Virus record (IMG/VR): IMGVR_UViG_3300010356_000998
Span: 1-64,000 of that record
Length of the DNA: 64,000 nt
Direction: 5' to 3' (one strand)
DNA from: a virus
Taxonomy: Duplodnaviria; Caudoviricetes
Part shown: one piece after another, positions 19,714 to 28,915 of the stretch
Layout: every line of letters starts with the position of its first letter
Numbering within the stretch: the stretch's first letter is position 1
Position numbers and translations under genes: made by a program
The notes under the pieces: generated by a model
Seen by the model: only the letters and a program-made list of their open reading frames with translations
What the model was told of the DNA's origin: nothing
Databases searched by the model: none

Positions 19714-22700
19714 AACATTGTAAAGCAGAAAACTTAGAACAATTAAATAATATTGTTCAAAATGGTGGAGTAATTTATACCATAACAGCTAATCAAACTC
19801 AAGACACAACTGTATCTTTTTTAAAACACACTGCTGAAAACTTCTCTAAAAAAGATGGTAAGTATGCTACGAAAGATGGGAAAACTTCATTAAGTACGAC
19901 AGTAACTACTGAAATATCTAAAGTTTTTGAGAAAAAATATGGTAAATTTGTTTATAAAAATTTAGATGTATTAGCTGATTTAGGAACATTTACTCACGCA
20001 TTAAATGAAGGTGTTTTTAATTACTTTAATAGTATTACCGAGAATTTAAATACTAACGATACTATTAAAACTATTGAAGAACTTTCTTGGGAAAACATTA
20101 AAAAAGAACTTACAGATGTTTTACTACCTATATATAAAAATTCTGATGTAAAAGTGTTAGCTGGTAAAGGTAGTATGCATAACTTGGAAGCTTTATTAGA
20201 AGGTGCTAAAGAAGTGTTTTTAGGTATTCATAAACATCAAGCAATATTAAATAAAAGACTTGGTATAAATGGAAAGGCCTATATATCAATGGAACAATTA
20301 TTAATAGATCCTAAAGAAGATATAGGAGGGACAGCTGATTTAATAGCTATATATTCAGATAATACTGCTGCTATTTTTGACTTTAAGACAAAAGTACCGT
20401 CTAAGAAATACGTTAATGATAAAGGTGAATTAATTAGTTATGATTACATATCTAAATCAGCTAAAGAAAAATATAAATTACAGTTAGCTTCTTTACAAAG
20501 AATTCTTACAAAAAAATATGGTGTAAAGCAAGTTATTAAATCTAGAATTGTACCTATTCAATTATCCGCACCTTTAGATGAAGAAGGTAATTTAGGTAGA
20601 ACAATTACTAAAATTACTTACGGAGCTAAGCAAAATATATTTTTATCTGAGCTAGCTCCTCTTCCTGAATCAACTGGATATAAAGAATTAGATAATTATT
20701 TAGCTTCAATTGAATCTAAAATAAAAGATCTTAATAAAAAAGGATCTAGTCCAGAAATAAAAAATAAAATAGAAGAATTAGAATTTGTTAAACATACAAT
20801 ACTTGTAAAGAAAAGTTTTAAAGATTTACAAACATACGCTGAGAAAATATTTGAAAATATTGGTGATATTTCTAATTTAAGTTTAGAACAACTTAGAGAA
20901 CTTCGAGATGAATTAAGAGCTTTAACATTACTAAGTAAAGCTACGTATGAATATAAACAATCTATTGAAAATCAAGAAGAAAAAGATGAATTAGATGCAG
21001 CTGTAAGAAGTATATCTACAGTAGCAACCGATATATTATATAATGTTGAGAATGAACTTTATAATAAAAGATTAGCTAACTATGTACATGAATCTACCGG
21101 GTATTCTATTGTAGATCAATCTGGACAATTTATAACATTTACTGAAGAAGGTTTTTTAAATAAGTATTTTAATCAATTAAGTCAGTATGACAATCCTGTA
21201 TTTAAATCACTCAGAGCTACTTTAGATAGTGCTCAATACGATATTAGAGAAAAGGTTAAAAAACTTATTGATGATGTTGTATCCACTGATTCTAAATTAA
21301 GAAAGTGGATGAAAGATAATGGTAAGGATGAAGCTTGGTTAATTAAATCATTAATTAATACAGAGCCTGGAAGTAAAGATGTTGAAAATCTTCATGGTAA
21401 ATTCTCTAAAGAATTTAGAGAAATTTTAAAAAATCTAAAAAGTAAAGAAGATGTTAAAGCTATAAGAAAATATTTTGAACCTAGTAAATACTATTTAGAT
21501 AACATTGATAGATTAAAAGCTGAAAAAAAATTACATTTTGAAAAAACTTTACCTAGTAAAAAAGCAGCTGAATTTGCATATCAGAGATGGCAAGAAAAGA
21601 ACGATTTATCTTTAGATGAAGCTGGAGATCCTATATTTCCTAAAGCTTGGGTTAATCAAATGAAATATAATAAGTTGAGTCTTAAAGATGGTGTAGTTGA
21701 ACAAAACTTATCAGAAGAATATAAATATATTAAATCAATACCACCATTATTAGCTTATTATGAAATGTTTGAAAAATATAATAAAGAATTTAGAGATGTA
21801 TTAGGTGTAGAATATTATACATTACCTAATAATTTTCTACCAAATATTCGTAAAAGTAATATTGATAGATTATTAGATAATGGTCTGATATCAGGATCTA
21901 AAGAAATATTTAATAACTTTATACAAGATCTTGATATTAGAGAAGACGATATGTTATACGGAGAAGTAGATCCTGATACCGGAGAATTGAAAAAAACAAT
22001 TCCTAAGTTTTTTTTAAACCCGTTTAAAAATGAAGATGGTACTATTAAAATAGGTGAGAAAAGTTATGACTTAACTAAATCTTTAATTATATTTAGTAAG
22101 ATGGCTTATAACTATGAATATATGAATAAGATAGAAGCTGTCACACTAACTATGAGAGATTTCTTATCTGAAAAAGGTGAGCAAGTTATTAAACGAGGAA
22201 ATAATATATTAAAAGATAGGGTAGGTAATGAGTTAACATCTAAAATTCAAGGTAAACAAATAGAAGAAATATTTCAATCTTTTGTAGATTTGTATTTATA
22301 TGGTGTGAATGTTAACCCTATTAGCCAAGATTCTTCAGGTAAATATGAAAAACTGATTTTAGAAGCTAAACAGTATTTCACATTAAAAGCTTTAGGTTTC
22401 GGTTTTATTCCAGCTATAGGTTCTTTTTTAGCAGCTAAAACTCAAGCAGCTGTAGAAGGTTTTAAAGGTCAGGCTTATACATCAGAACAGTATAAAAAAA
22501 GTATGAAATATTCTTATTCCGAAAGAGAAAAGTTTCTAGCTTTATCTGGATTCTTTGATCCTATGAATACTAAGTATGACTTTTTTAATGTATCTGACGA
22601 TAAGACTAAAGTAGGTGATCCAAGAGAACGGAATAAAGTAAAAAGATATGTCAATAGTAGAATGTTAATGAGAACTTTTAGTGCAGGTGATGAATATTTA

Positions 22701-23738
22701 GATGAAATTATTTTAGCTTCACTAGCTCAAAACTTTTATATAGATGAGAATTATAAACTTAGAAGAATGATAGATGAAGAAGATAGAAAGAATAAAAAAT
22801 CTATATGGGATATATTTTCATATTCAGATGGTGAAGCTAAGTTAAACGTACCGGAAGATAAACTTAAAGATATTGTAATAGCATTTAGAAGAGCTGCTCA
22901 GTCTACTCAATCAAAAATTAAAGGTGTTATTCCAGAAGAGGATAAAGCATATTGGCAGACTCAAATTATAGGTCAGGTTATAATGCATTTTAAATCTTGG
23001 ATGCCTGGTGTAATGAGAGAGAGATTTGGTAAAACGAGATACAATGATGCTTTACAATTAGTTGAAATGGGTAGATTTACTGCATTTGGACAAGAGCTTT
23101 ATAATCATGAACAATTATCTATACCAATGTTTGCTAAAGAAATAGTTATTCCAAAATTGTTAGAATTAGGTAAACATTTAATGTGGTATAGACCAGGAAC
23201 AGGTTCTGATACTAGATTAGAATTAGCTTATGAAAATTGGCTAAATAATAATCCTCAATACAAAGGCGTAGTTTCTTTTAAAGAATTTAAGTCAGCACAA
23301 CAAGCTCAAATGAAAGCTTTAATCATAGAGCTTAGAATCATATTAACATTTGCTATGTTAGTTGCTTTATTGACAGCAGATTTTGATGATGATGGTAAAA
23401 AGTTTTATCAAGAAATGTGGATTACTAGAAAACTTGTAGCAGTTTTAGCAAAAACAAATCAAGAAATAAGTTTTACTTATAATCCTGCTGAATTTGCTAA
23501 AATGATTAAAAACCCAATACCCATGGCCGGAATATTAACTGATGCTGTAAATGTATTAGCTAATACTTATGATGAAAGTATTGATACAGTATTTGGTGAA
23601 AAATTTCCATTACCGTTTCATAAACCACAAACGCACGATAAAACACAACCGTTATATTATACTGGTAAACTTATTCCGGGTGTTTCACAGCTTGAGAAGT
23701 TCTTAGAAATATTTAATAAAGATAATAGTTTAAAATAA
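19710..23738 (+). CDS. Giant virion protein with an N-terminal PD-(D/E)xK nuclease domain
   Basis: 1342 aa with GGTADLIAIYSDNTAAIFDFKT...YKLQLASLQRIL. Typical last gene of the crAss-like RNAP/ejection operon. Confidence 0.7.
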   Translation: MKHCKAENLEQLNNIVQNGGVIYTITANQTQDTTVSFLKHTAENFSKKDGKYATKDGKTSLSTTVTTEISKVFEKKYGKFVYKNLDVLADLGTFTHALNEGVFNYFNSITENLNTNDTIKTIEELSWENIKKELTDVLLPIYKNSDVKVLAGKGSMHNLEALLEGAKEVFLGIHKHQAILNKRLGINGKAYISMEQLLIDPKEDIGGTADLIAIYSDNTAAIFDFKTKVPSKKYVNDKGELISYDYISKSAKEKYKLQLASLQRILTKKYGVKQVIKSRIVPIQLSAPLDEEGNLGRTITKITYGAKQNIFLSELAPLPESTGYKELDNYLASIESKIKDLNKKGSSPEIKNKIEELEFVKHTILVKKSFKDLQTYAEKIFENIGDISNLSLEQLRELRDELRALTLLSKATYEYKQSIENQEEKDELDAAVRSISTVATDILYNVENELYNKRLANYVHESTGYSIVDQSGQFITFTEEGFLNKYFNQLSQYDNPVFKSLRATLDSAQYDIREKVKKLIDDVVSTDSKLRKWMKDNGKDEAWLIKSLINTEPGSKDVENLHGKFSKEFREILKNLKSKEDVKAIRKYFEPSKYYLDNIDRLKAEKKLHFEKTLPSKKAAEFAYQRWQEKNDLSLDEAGDPIFPKAWVNQMKYNKLSLKDGVVEQNLSEEYKYIKSIPPLLAYYEMFEKYNKEFRDVLGVEYYTLPNNFLPNIRKSNIDRLLDNGLISGSKEIFNNFIQDLDIREDDMLYGEVDPDTGELKKTIPKFFLNPFKNEDGTIKIGEKSYDLTKSLIIFSKMAYNYEYMNKIEAVTLTMRDFLSEKGEQVIKRGNNILKDRVGNELTSKIQGKQIEEIFQSFVDLYLYGVNVNPISQDSSGKYEKLILEAKQYFTLKALGFGFIPAIGSFLAAKTQAAVEGFKGQAYTSEQYKKSMKYSYSEREKFLALSGFFDPMNTKYDFFNVSDDKTKVGDPRERNKVKRYVNSRMLMRTFSAGDEYLDEIILASLAQNFYIDENYKLRRMIDEEDRKNKKSIWDIFSYSDGEAKLNVPEDKLKDIVIAFRRAAQSTQSKIKGVIPEEDKAYWQTQIIGQVIMHFKSWMPGVMRERFGKTRYNDALQLVEMGRFTAFGQELYNHEQLSIPMFAKEIVIPKLLELGKHLMWYRPGTGSDTRLELAYENWLNNNPQYKGVVSFKEFKSAQQAQMKALIIELRIILTFAMLVALLTADFDDDGKKFYQEMWITRKLVAVLAKTNQEISFTYNPAEFAKMIKNPIPMAGILTDAVNVLANTYDESIDTVFGEKFPLPFHKPQTHDKTQPLYYTGKLIPGVSQLEKFLEIFNKDNSLK

Positions 23739-23770
23739 TAATACCTAATATTACACAATAAAAGGTAAAG

Positions 23771-23810
23771 AAAAAAGGCGAGGCCCATTAATTTGGACTT
23801 CGCCTTTTTT
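23771..23810. terminator. Bidirectional intrinsic terminator at the convergence of the + and - transcription units
   Basis: AAAAAAGGCGAGG...CTTCGCCTTTTTT hairpin with A and T tracts on both sides. Confidence 0.85.
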
Positions 23811-23814
23811 GTTT

Positions 23815-24009
23815 TTAATCATACTCTCCATTACCAGCTCTTGCAAATTGAATTAATATAGTAACAATTACGATTATGAAAGCCATCAAACCTCTTTCAG
23901 AATAAGTCCAAGAAGTACAATCCATTGTACCTATAACAAAAGAAAATATTAAATATGCTAGTAGAATTACAATAATAGCATCGTTTACCCAGATTGGTGT
24001 TTTACGCAT
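23815..24009 (-). CDS. Small two-TM membrane protein (paralog A)
   Basis: Two hydrophobic helices; aligns with its neighbour. Confidence 0.7.
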   Translation of the reverse strand: MRKTPIWVNDAIIVILLAYLIFSFVIGTMDCTSWTYSERGLMAFIIVIVTILIQFARAGNGEYD

Positions 24010-24010
24010 G

Positions 24011-24196
24011 TTAACTTTTTTCTAATCTATTTACTTCAAACATTGTTGTTAATACTATAATAATAAACATCATAATACCTCGTTGACAAATAGTCCATTC
24101 ATTACAATCTAACGTGCCGTATATAAAACTAAAAATAATATAAACCAATATGCTAATTAAAATCGTATCTTTTATCCAAGCAGGTGTTTTATTCAT
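24011..24196 (-). CDS. Small two-TM membrane protein (paralog B)
   Basis: MNKTPAWIKD...GTLDCNEW aligns with MRKTPIWVND...GTMDCTSW. Start moved to 24196 on that basis. Confidence 0.7.
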   Translation of the reverse strand: MNKTPAWIKDTILISILVYIIFSFIYGTLDCNEWTICQRGIMMFIIIVLTTMFEVNRLEKS

Positions 24197-25898
24197 GTAA
24201 TAATTTTTTACGTACATCTTCTAATGTACATTGGTTATAGAATTTACCATCTTCATAAATTACTTGAAGTTTATCATATATATCTTCTTCTGGTCCAAAA
24301 GGCATCCTACCATTATCTACATGTTTAGGGTCACATTCTTGATATACAACGTAATCCATTTCTTTAGTTTTCCAATTAACAAATTCATGAGATACCATAC
24401 ACATTCCTTTCAAAGACTTTTTAGTACCATCATCTGTTACTGGATCTTTATAGATGTTGTATGTAGTTTTAATTTTTACTTTCTTAGGTATTTCATTTTT
24501 CAATCCTCCTAATCCAGAATTTGATTGCCTTACTTCTTCTTCAACTTCAAACCAGGCACCTTTAGCTGCAAATCCTAATGTATCTCTTGTATTATATTGA
24601 TAAGTAAAACTACCTATACCTAATACAATATTAGTAGCTGCAAAGCCTTTAGCTGCTAATCTTTCATAGATTTGTTTTTGTCTTTCTGGAGTAATGCTAT
24701 CACCATAAATAGCACCAATATGAGGATCTAATACTTTATAACCTTGTTCATTAATAGTTCCACCAAAAATATCCCAAAGAAGTTCTATTACGCCTTTTTG
24801 TTTTGGATGTTCAACTGGCATATCTTTTACATCATTATAAGGTAATTTAGATTTTGTATAATCTTCAGTACCACAAATAATATCAACAGGATCACCACTA
24901 TCAGGTCTGATTACCAATTTACCCTCTCTAGCCATAATAGCTTCTTTATTAGCAGGTAAGTATTCTGTAATTAATTTCCACAAGTCAAATGTATCTGCTA
25001 CGATTGATAGAATACCTTTAGGAAATATTTGCAACCAATCTGCAATCATTTGTTGTTCACCTACTGTAAAGATTTTAGTAGTGCTAACAGAATGTTCTGA
25101 AGCATTAACTGAACCAATAGGCATTTCATCATCTTTAACGCCATAGAAATATCTAGAAGCTGGTATTACAGAAAGAGTATCACTACCTTTAAATGATGTA
25201 GCATGACCTAAACCGATAAGATATTGACTCATAGGATCTAATCCTCTTGCAGAAAAATCATGACACATCCAGTCTACTAACCACAAGTTAGAGGGATCGG
25301 TTTTAGTTACCCATTCTTCAGCTTGCCTTCTATATAATTTAGCAATGGTCGCTGCTGTAGATGGTTTCCAAGCTAATGATGATACTACTGTTTCAAGATA
25401 AAGAGTAAGCCAAGCAAATCCATCAACTGTATTAATAAATGTCATGTGAGGGATATTAGGATTGGTTTCAATACCTTCAGGTAAAGCTTTTACTTTAATA
25501 GGTAAATAACCTAAATCCCACAACTCTTCAAAATGTTTACCGTCATATTCCATACCTAAATATGAAGACATGTCTTTTACAAATTGAAGTGCTTTTTCTT
25601 TGTAGATAGATTTTATAGTATTTTTGGTAGAAGGATCTACACCTTGAAAACCTCCCAATCTTTCTATTTCATTTGTTATTTGTTTAGTAGCAAAGAAATT
25701 CTCCTCAAACTCATCATGTAACCACTTCCACACTAATTGTTGACCAAATGATACTATTTTAGTAATACCTTTAGGTGCGTGTTTAGTTGAACGAGGAATC
25801 CAAGTACCGTACAATTTAGTAGTACCTGGAGCTAACATTGCTTTATGACCTACTTTATATCCGTCTGTTAAATACAGACTATTTATTTTGAATGACAT
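24189..25898 (-). CDS. nadV: Nicotinamide phosphoribosyltransferase-like enzyme (NAMPT/Namat)
   Basis: TDGYKVGH, HDFSARG, GSDT, ASEHS, SIVADTFD, VIRPDSGDP, IYGDSI and KDPVTD.GTKKS.KG. Confidence 0.92.
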   Translation of the reverse strand: MSFKINSLYLTDGYKVGHKAMLAPGTTKLYGTWIPRSTKHAPKGITKIVSFGQQLVWKWLHDEFEENFFATKQITNEIERLGGFQGVDPSTKNTIKSIYKEKALQFVKDMSSYLGMEYDGKHFEELWDLGYLPIKVKALPEGIETNPNIPHMTFINTVDGFAWLTLYLETVVSSLAWKPSTAATIAKLYRRQAEEWVTKTDPSNLWLVDWMCHDFSARGLDPMSQYLIGLGHATSFKGSDTLSVIPASRYFYGVKDDEMPIGSVNASEHSVSTTKIFTVGEQQMIADWLQIFPKGILSIVADTFDLWKLITEYLPANKEAIMAREGKLVIRPDSGDPVDIICGTEDYTKSKLPYNDVKDMPVEHPKQKGVIELLWDIFGGTINEQGYKVLDPHIGAIYGDSITPERQKQIYERLAAKGFAATNIVLGIGSFTYQYNTRDTLGFAAKGAWFEVEEEVRQSNSGLGGLKNEIPKKVKIKTTYNIYKDPVTDDGTKKSLKGMCMVSHEFVNWKTKEMDYVVYQECDPKHVDNGRMPFGPEEDIYDKLQVIYEDGKFYNQCTLEDVRKKLLHE

Positions 25899-25899
25899 A

Positions 25900-26382
25900 C
25901 TAATTGGGTTTATAAATTACAATTGTTACATCACAATCTCGTAATTCTTGTTGAATAATTTGTTTGACTTTATTCCAATCACCACCTGCTAAACCACATC
26001 CTATTTGTGGAAGACCTATATGCTTTCCTTTAAAGCGTTTATTAATTTTTCTTAAACATAAAGTTAACGCTTCATAATCTAAAGGATTTTCAACACCGTC
26101 AGAATGATTTTTACCGTAATGATATTGAGTATACGCATTTACAACAAATAATCTTTTATCATTTTTTAAAAAACCACTCTGAAAATCTATTCTTCCTAAT
26201 TTATCAATGTCTCCTTTATAAATAGGTTTCTCTAAATTGAATGTGTTACAATTAAAAGTTTCAGCCATTGGTTTAGCAATACCTGATGCCATTGTACAGA
26301 AGCAATTACACCCGTGTACAATCACATCAAATTCCCCTTGTAAAGCTAAGTGAATTAAATCACCTTGTATTTCTTTATACAT
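25900..26382 (-). CDS. Macrodomain (Appr-1''-p processing/ADP-ribose hydrolase)
   Basis: GDLI, IVHGCNCFCTMASGIA, VNAYTQ, PQIGCGLAGGDW. Confidence 0.9.
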   Translation of the reverse strand: MYKEIQGDLIHLALQGEFDVIVHGCNCFCTMASGIAKPMAETFNCNTFNLEKPIYKGDIDKLGRIDFQSGFLKNDKRLFVVNAYTQYHYGKNHSDGVENPLDYEALTLCLRKINKRFKGKHIGLPQIGCGLAGGDWNKVKQIIQQELRDCDVTIVIYKPN

Positions 26383-26385
26383 AAT

Positions 26386-27219
26386 TTAAAAAATTGGAAA
26401 GTAATATCTTTTAATATTATTTAAATTAATATCACTAGCATTTTTAAATTTACTGTTTGTAGTGTAAATAGTATCGTATATATTTTCAAGATCTGGATTA
26501 GGATTATTTACTGTTATATGACTAACTGCAAACATTAACTTTTTTACAGTATTATTTGCTTTTAATATATTTCCTATTTTAACAGCCGTTCCTCCATATA
26601 CACAGATATCGTCAATAACTAAAACATCTTTCCCATTAAAATTAGTTCGATCTACAGAAAGATTTATTTCAGATCTAAAATTAACAAATTTTCTAGATTT
26701 CATTGCTGAAGCTGTATCACCGATCCAGTTTAGTTCATCACACAATTTCATTAATGCTTTGTAACCACCTTGATCGGTAGACATTAATATACATTGCTTA
26801 GCGGCTTCGTAAATATCACCATATCGAGATTGTAAGATGTAATTTATAAAACCACGGTTGCTAATAACTTCACAATTATTAATTAAAGCTGGTGCTACAT
26901 CAGAATGTGGGTGAAATAGTTTTACCTTTTTAAAGTTACAAGAATTAATAAAATCACAAATTAATCTTAGTTCAAAACTTTCATTGTTATTAAATCTTCG
27001 ATCATGTTGTTGTTGAAACAAACAAGGGATAAATACTGTTTCTAATTTTGGGTGCGCATCTTTTATAGACTTCAACATAAATAAATCTTTATAAGTATTA
27101 ATCCTATAAGAGATTTCTGTAACATTTGTGTCTAACATTCTTACATAACTACCGCCATCAGGATAGTCAATTATTTGATAATCAGCTATTGGTTCGCTGG
27201 TTTCATAATTTTCTTCCAT
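26386..27219 (-). CDS. prs: Ribose-phosphate pyrophosphokinase-like enzyme (PRS/Adps-like)
   Basis: YPDG, PCLFQQQHDRRF, FHPHS, and the PRPP-binding loop VLVIDDICVYGGT. Confidence 0.85.
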   Translation of the reverse strand: MEENYETSEPIADYQIIDYPDGGSYVRMLDTNVTEISYRINTYKDLFMLKSIKDAHPKLETVFIPCLFQQQHDRRFNNNESFELRLICDFINSCNFKKVKLFHPHSDVAPALINNCEVISNRGFINYILQSRYGDIYEAAKQCILMSTDQGGYKALMKLCDELNWIGDTASAMKSRKFVNFRSEINLSVDRTNFNGKDVLVIDDICVYGGTAVKIGNILKANNTVKKLMFAVSHITVNNPNPDLENIYDTIYTTNSKFKNASDINLNNIKRYYFPIF

Positions 27220-27739
27220 ATAGTTCTTCTAATGTTTTAGGTAAAAAATTAATTAACTTTGCATCTACATTTCTGTATTTATGTAAAGTTGGTTGAATAA
27301 TAGAATCTTTATCTTGATATTTGTCTGAAGCTAAATGCTCTGTTAATTTATTTTCATGATGAATATGTGCATGTATATTACCTCTATAAAATCCCATTTC
27401 ATCTGGATGTATTGGTGCATGAGTTAAACAAAAACCTTTATAGTCAACCATACCTGCTACATTTTCAACATAATTTAATAATTCTCTAACATCTTGATGT
27501 AAATCATGATTTCCTAACACTACTATCTTTCGACCATTTAAACGATCTAATTGATAGTAGTGTTTAGAAGTTTCCATTGTTACATCACCTAATATATAAG
27601 TGAGATCTTTTTTATTTATAATTTTATTCCATGCAGATATTAAATATTCATCATGATGATAACTATCCAAAAATCCCCTATAATTAGCTGCCCACTCATG
27701 ACCTAAATGCAAACAACCAATAAATCTAACATTACTCAT
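27203..27739 (-). CDS. Calcineurin-like metallophosphoesterase
   Basis: GCLHLGH, LGDV, GNHD, THAP, HAHIH. Start reassigned to MSNVRF at 27739. Confidence 0.85.
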   Translation of the reverse strand: MSNVRFIGCLHLGHEWAANYRGFLDSYHHDEYLISAWNKIINKKDLTYILGDVTMETSKHYYQLDRLNGRKIVVLGNHDLHQDVRELLNYVENVAGMVDYKGFCLTHAPIHPDEMGFYRGNIHAHIHHENKLTEHLASDKYQDKDSIIQPTLHKYRNVDAKLINFLPKTLEELYGRKL

Positions 27740-27840
27740 GAACAAATATGAACAGATCCTGGAGGACCGAGTTGTTGACCGCATCTAGGGCATCTTTTAT
27801 GACTTTTAAAATAATTAATCAATTGATGTAGATATTTCAT
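27736..27840 (-). CDS. 34-aa zinc-finger-like microprotein (not in ORF track)
   Basis: MKYLHQLINYFKSHKRCPRCGQQLGPPGSVHICS*; ATGA overlap with the phosphoesterase start. Confidence 0.55.
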   Translation of the reverse strand: MKYLHQLINYFKSHKRCPRCGQQLGPPGSVHICS

Positions 27841-28033
27841 ATTGTTTTAATTTTAAATTGTATAATGAATCTTTTAATACATTATGTTTTTCAAATAATG
27901 TGTCATTGTATAATACTTGTTCTTGATATCTGGCTTTCCAATAAGATCTATTAGTTTGAAGTATAATATATTGACACACTATAACTATTAATAAAATAAT
28001 TATTACTGCTGGTTTATAACATATCATTTTCAT
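27815..28033 (-). CDS. Small membrane-anchored coiled-coil protein
   Basis: N-terminal hydrophobic helix; sits in the operon. Confidence 0.5.
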   Translation of the reverse strand: MKMICYKPAVIIILLIVIVCQYIILQTNRSYWKARYQEQVLYNDTLFEKHNVLKDSLYNLKLKQYEISTSID

Positions 28034-28406
28034 ATCTATATTTTAATTCATATATAAAAATTAAATGAATAGCTTTCCACTGTTTCGTTATAACAGATGT
28101 TTCTTCAATTTGCTTAGTAAAAAAAGCAAGTATATTTAATATATGTGGTGTGGAAAGATCTTTTAATAAGCCTGTTTTCGGTTTCTTAAATCTAGTACCG
28201 TCTTCTTTAAAAACAGCGGTCCATGTAAATTTTTCTCTAATATCTTTAATTAAATTATAAATATCATCAGATTTAATTGAAGTGTTTGATCTTGTATAAT
28301 CAAAACCTCCGTCTATAAATTTATTATCTGATGATTTTTTATAATCATGTCTATGAAACGAGAATAATTTACCATCTGCAGTGTCTATATAGTTAATTTT
28401 TTCCAT
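28014..28406 (-). CDS. Hypothetical phage protein
   Basis: SFHRHDY...FIDGGFDYTR motif; in operon. Confidence 0.6.
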   Translation of the reverse strand: MEKINYIDTADGKLFSFHRHDYKKSSDNKFIDGGFDYTRSNTSIKSDDIYNLIKDIREKFTWTAVFKEDGTRFKKPKTGLLKDLSTPHILNILAFFTKQIEETSVITKQWKAIHLIFIYELKYRYENDML

Positions 28407-28522
28407 TTGATAATTTACTTTTAGAATCTGTTTCTTTTTTAACTTCTTCTTTTACAATATGTAAAATATTTTCCTTAGTTATTTTTATTTTTTCTAGATC
28501 TTTTAAATCTTTTATAATAATT

Positions 28523-28915
28523 TTACTTTTCATATCGTAAATTATTTAAATTAATATCGTCTCCATCTTCAAAAATGTTTTGTATATCATTAATTTGAAA
28601 TGCTATCATTAAATGTACTTGAGTTTTAAACATTTTAGAGTCTGAAATTTCAGTATTTAAATGTTTAAAATTAGAAGCTACTGTATATTTTACATCGTCA
28701 TTACTTATAAAATAAACATCTTCGTGAGTAAATTCAGAATTTTGTCTATCTTCATCGTATGACGTATAATGTTTAGCAGCGCACCATAATAGTACATTAC
28801 TTAATTCAATATTATTATGTACAGTTAATATAAAAGTATCTTTAAAATAAAAATCTAAATAATAACTATTAGGTCTAATTTCTTGTATAGTTGGTAATCT
28901 TGTTACATCAATCAT
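28523..28915 (-). CDS. Hypothetical protein
   Basis: 130-aa ORF coupled to the IMPDH/GMPR gene. Confidence 0.5.
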   Translation of the reverse strand: MIDVTRLPTIQEIRPNSYYLDFYFKDTFILTVHNNIELSNVLLWCAAKHYTSYDEDRQNSEFTHEDVYFISNDDVKYTVASNFKHLNTEISDSKMFKTQVHLMIAFQINDIQNIFEDGDDINLNNLRYEK

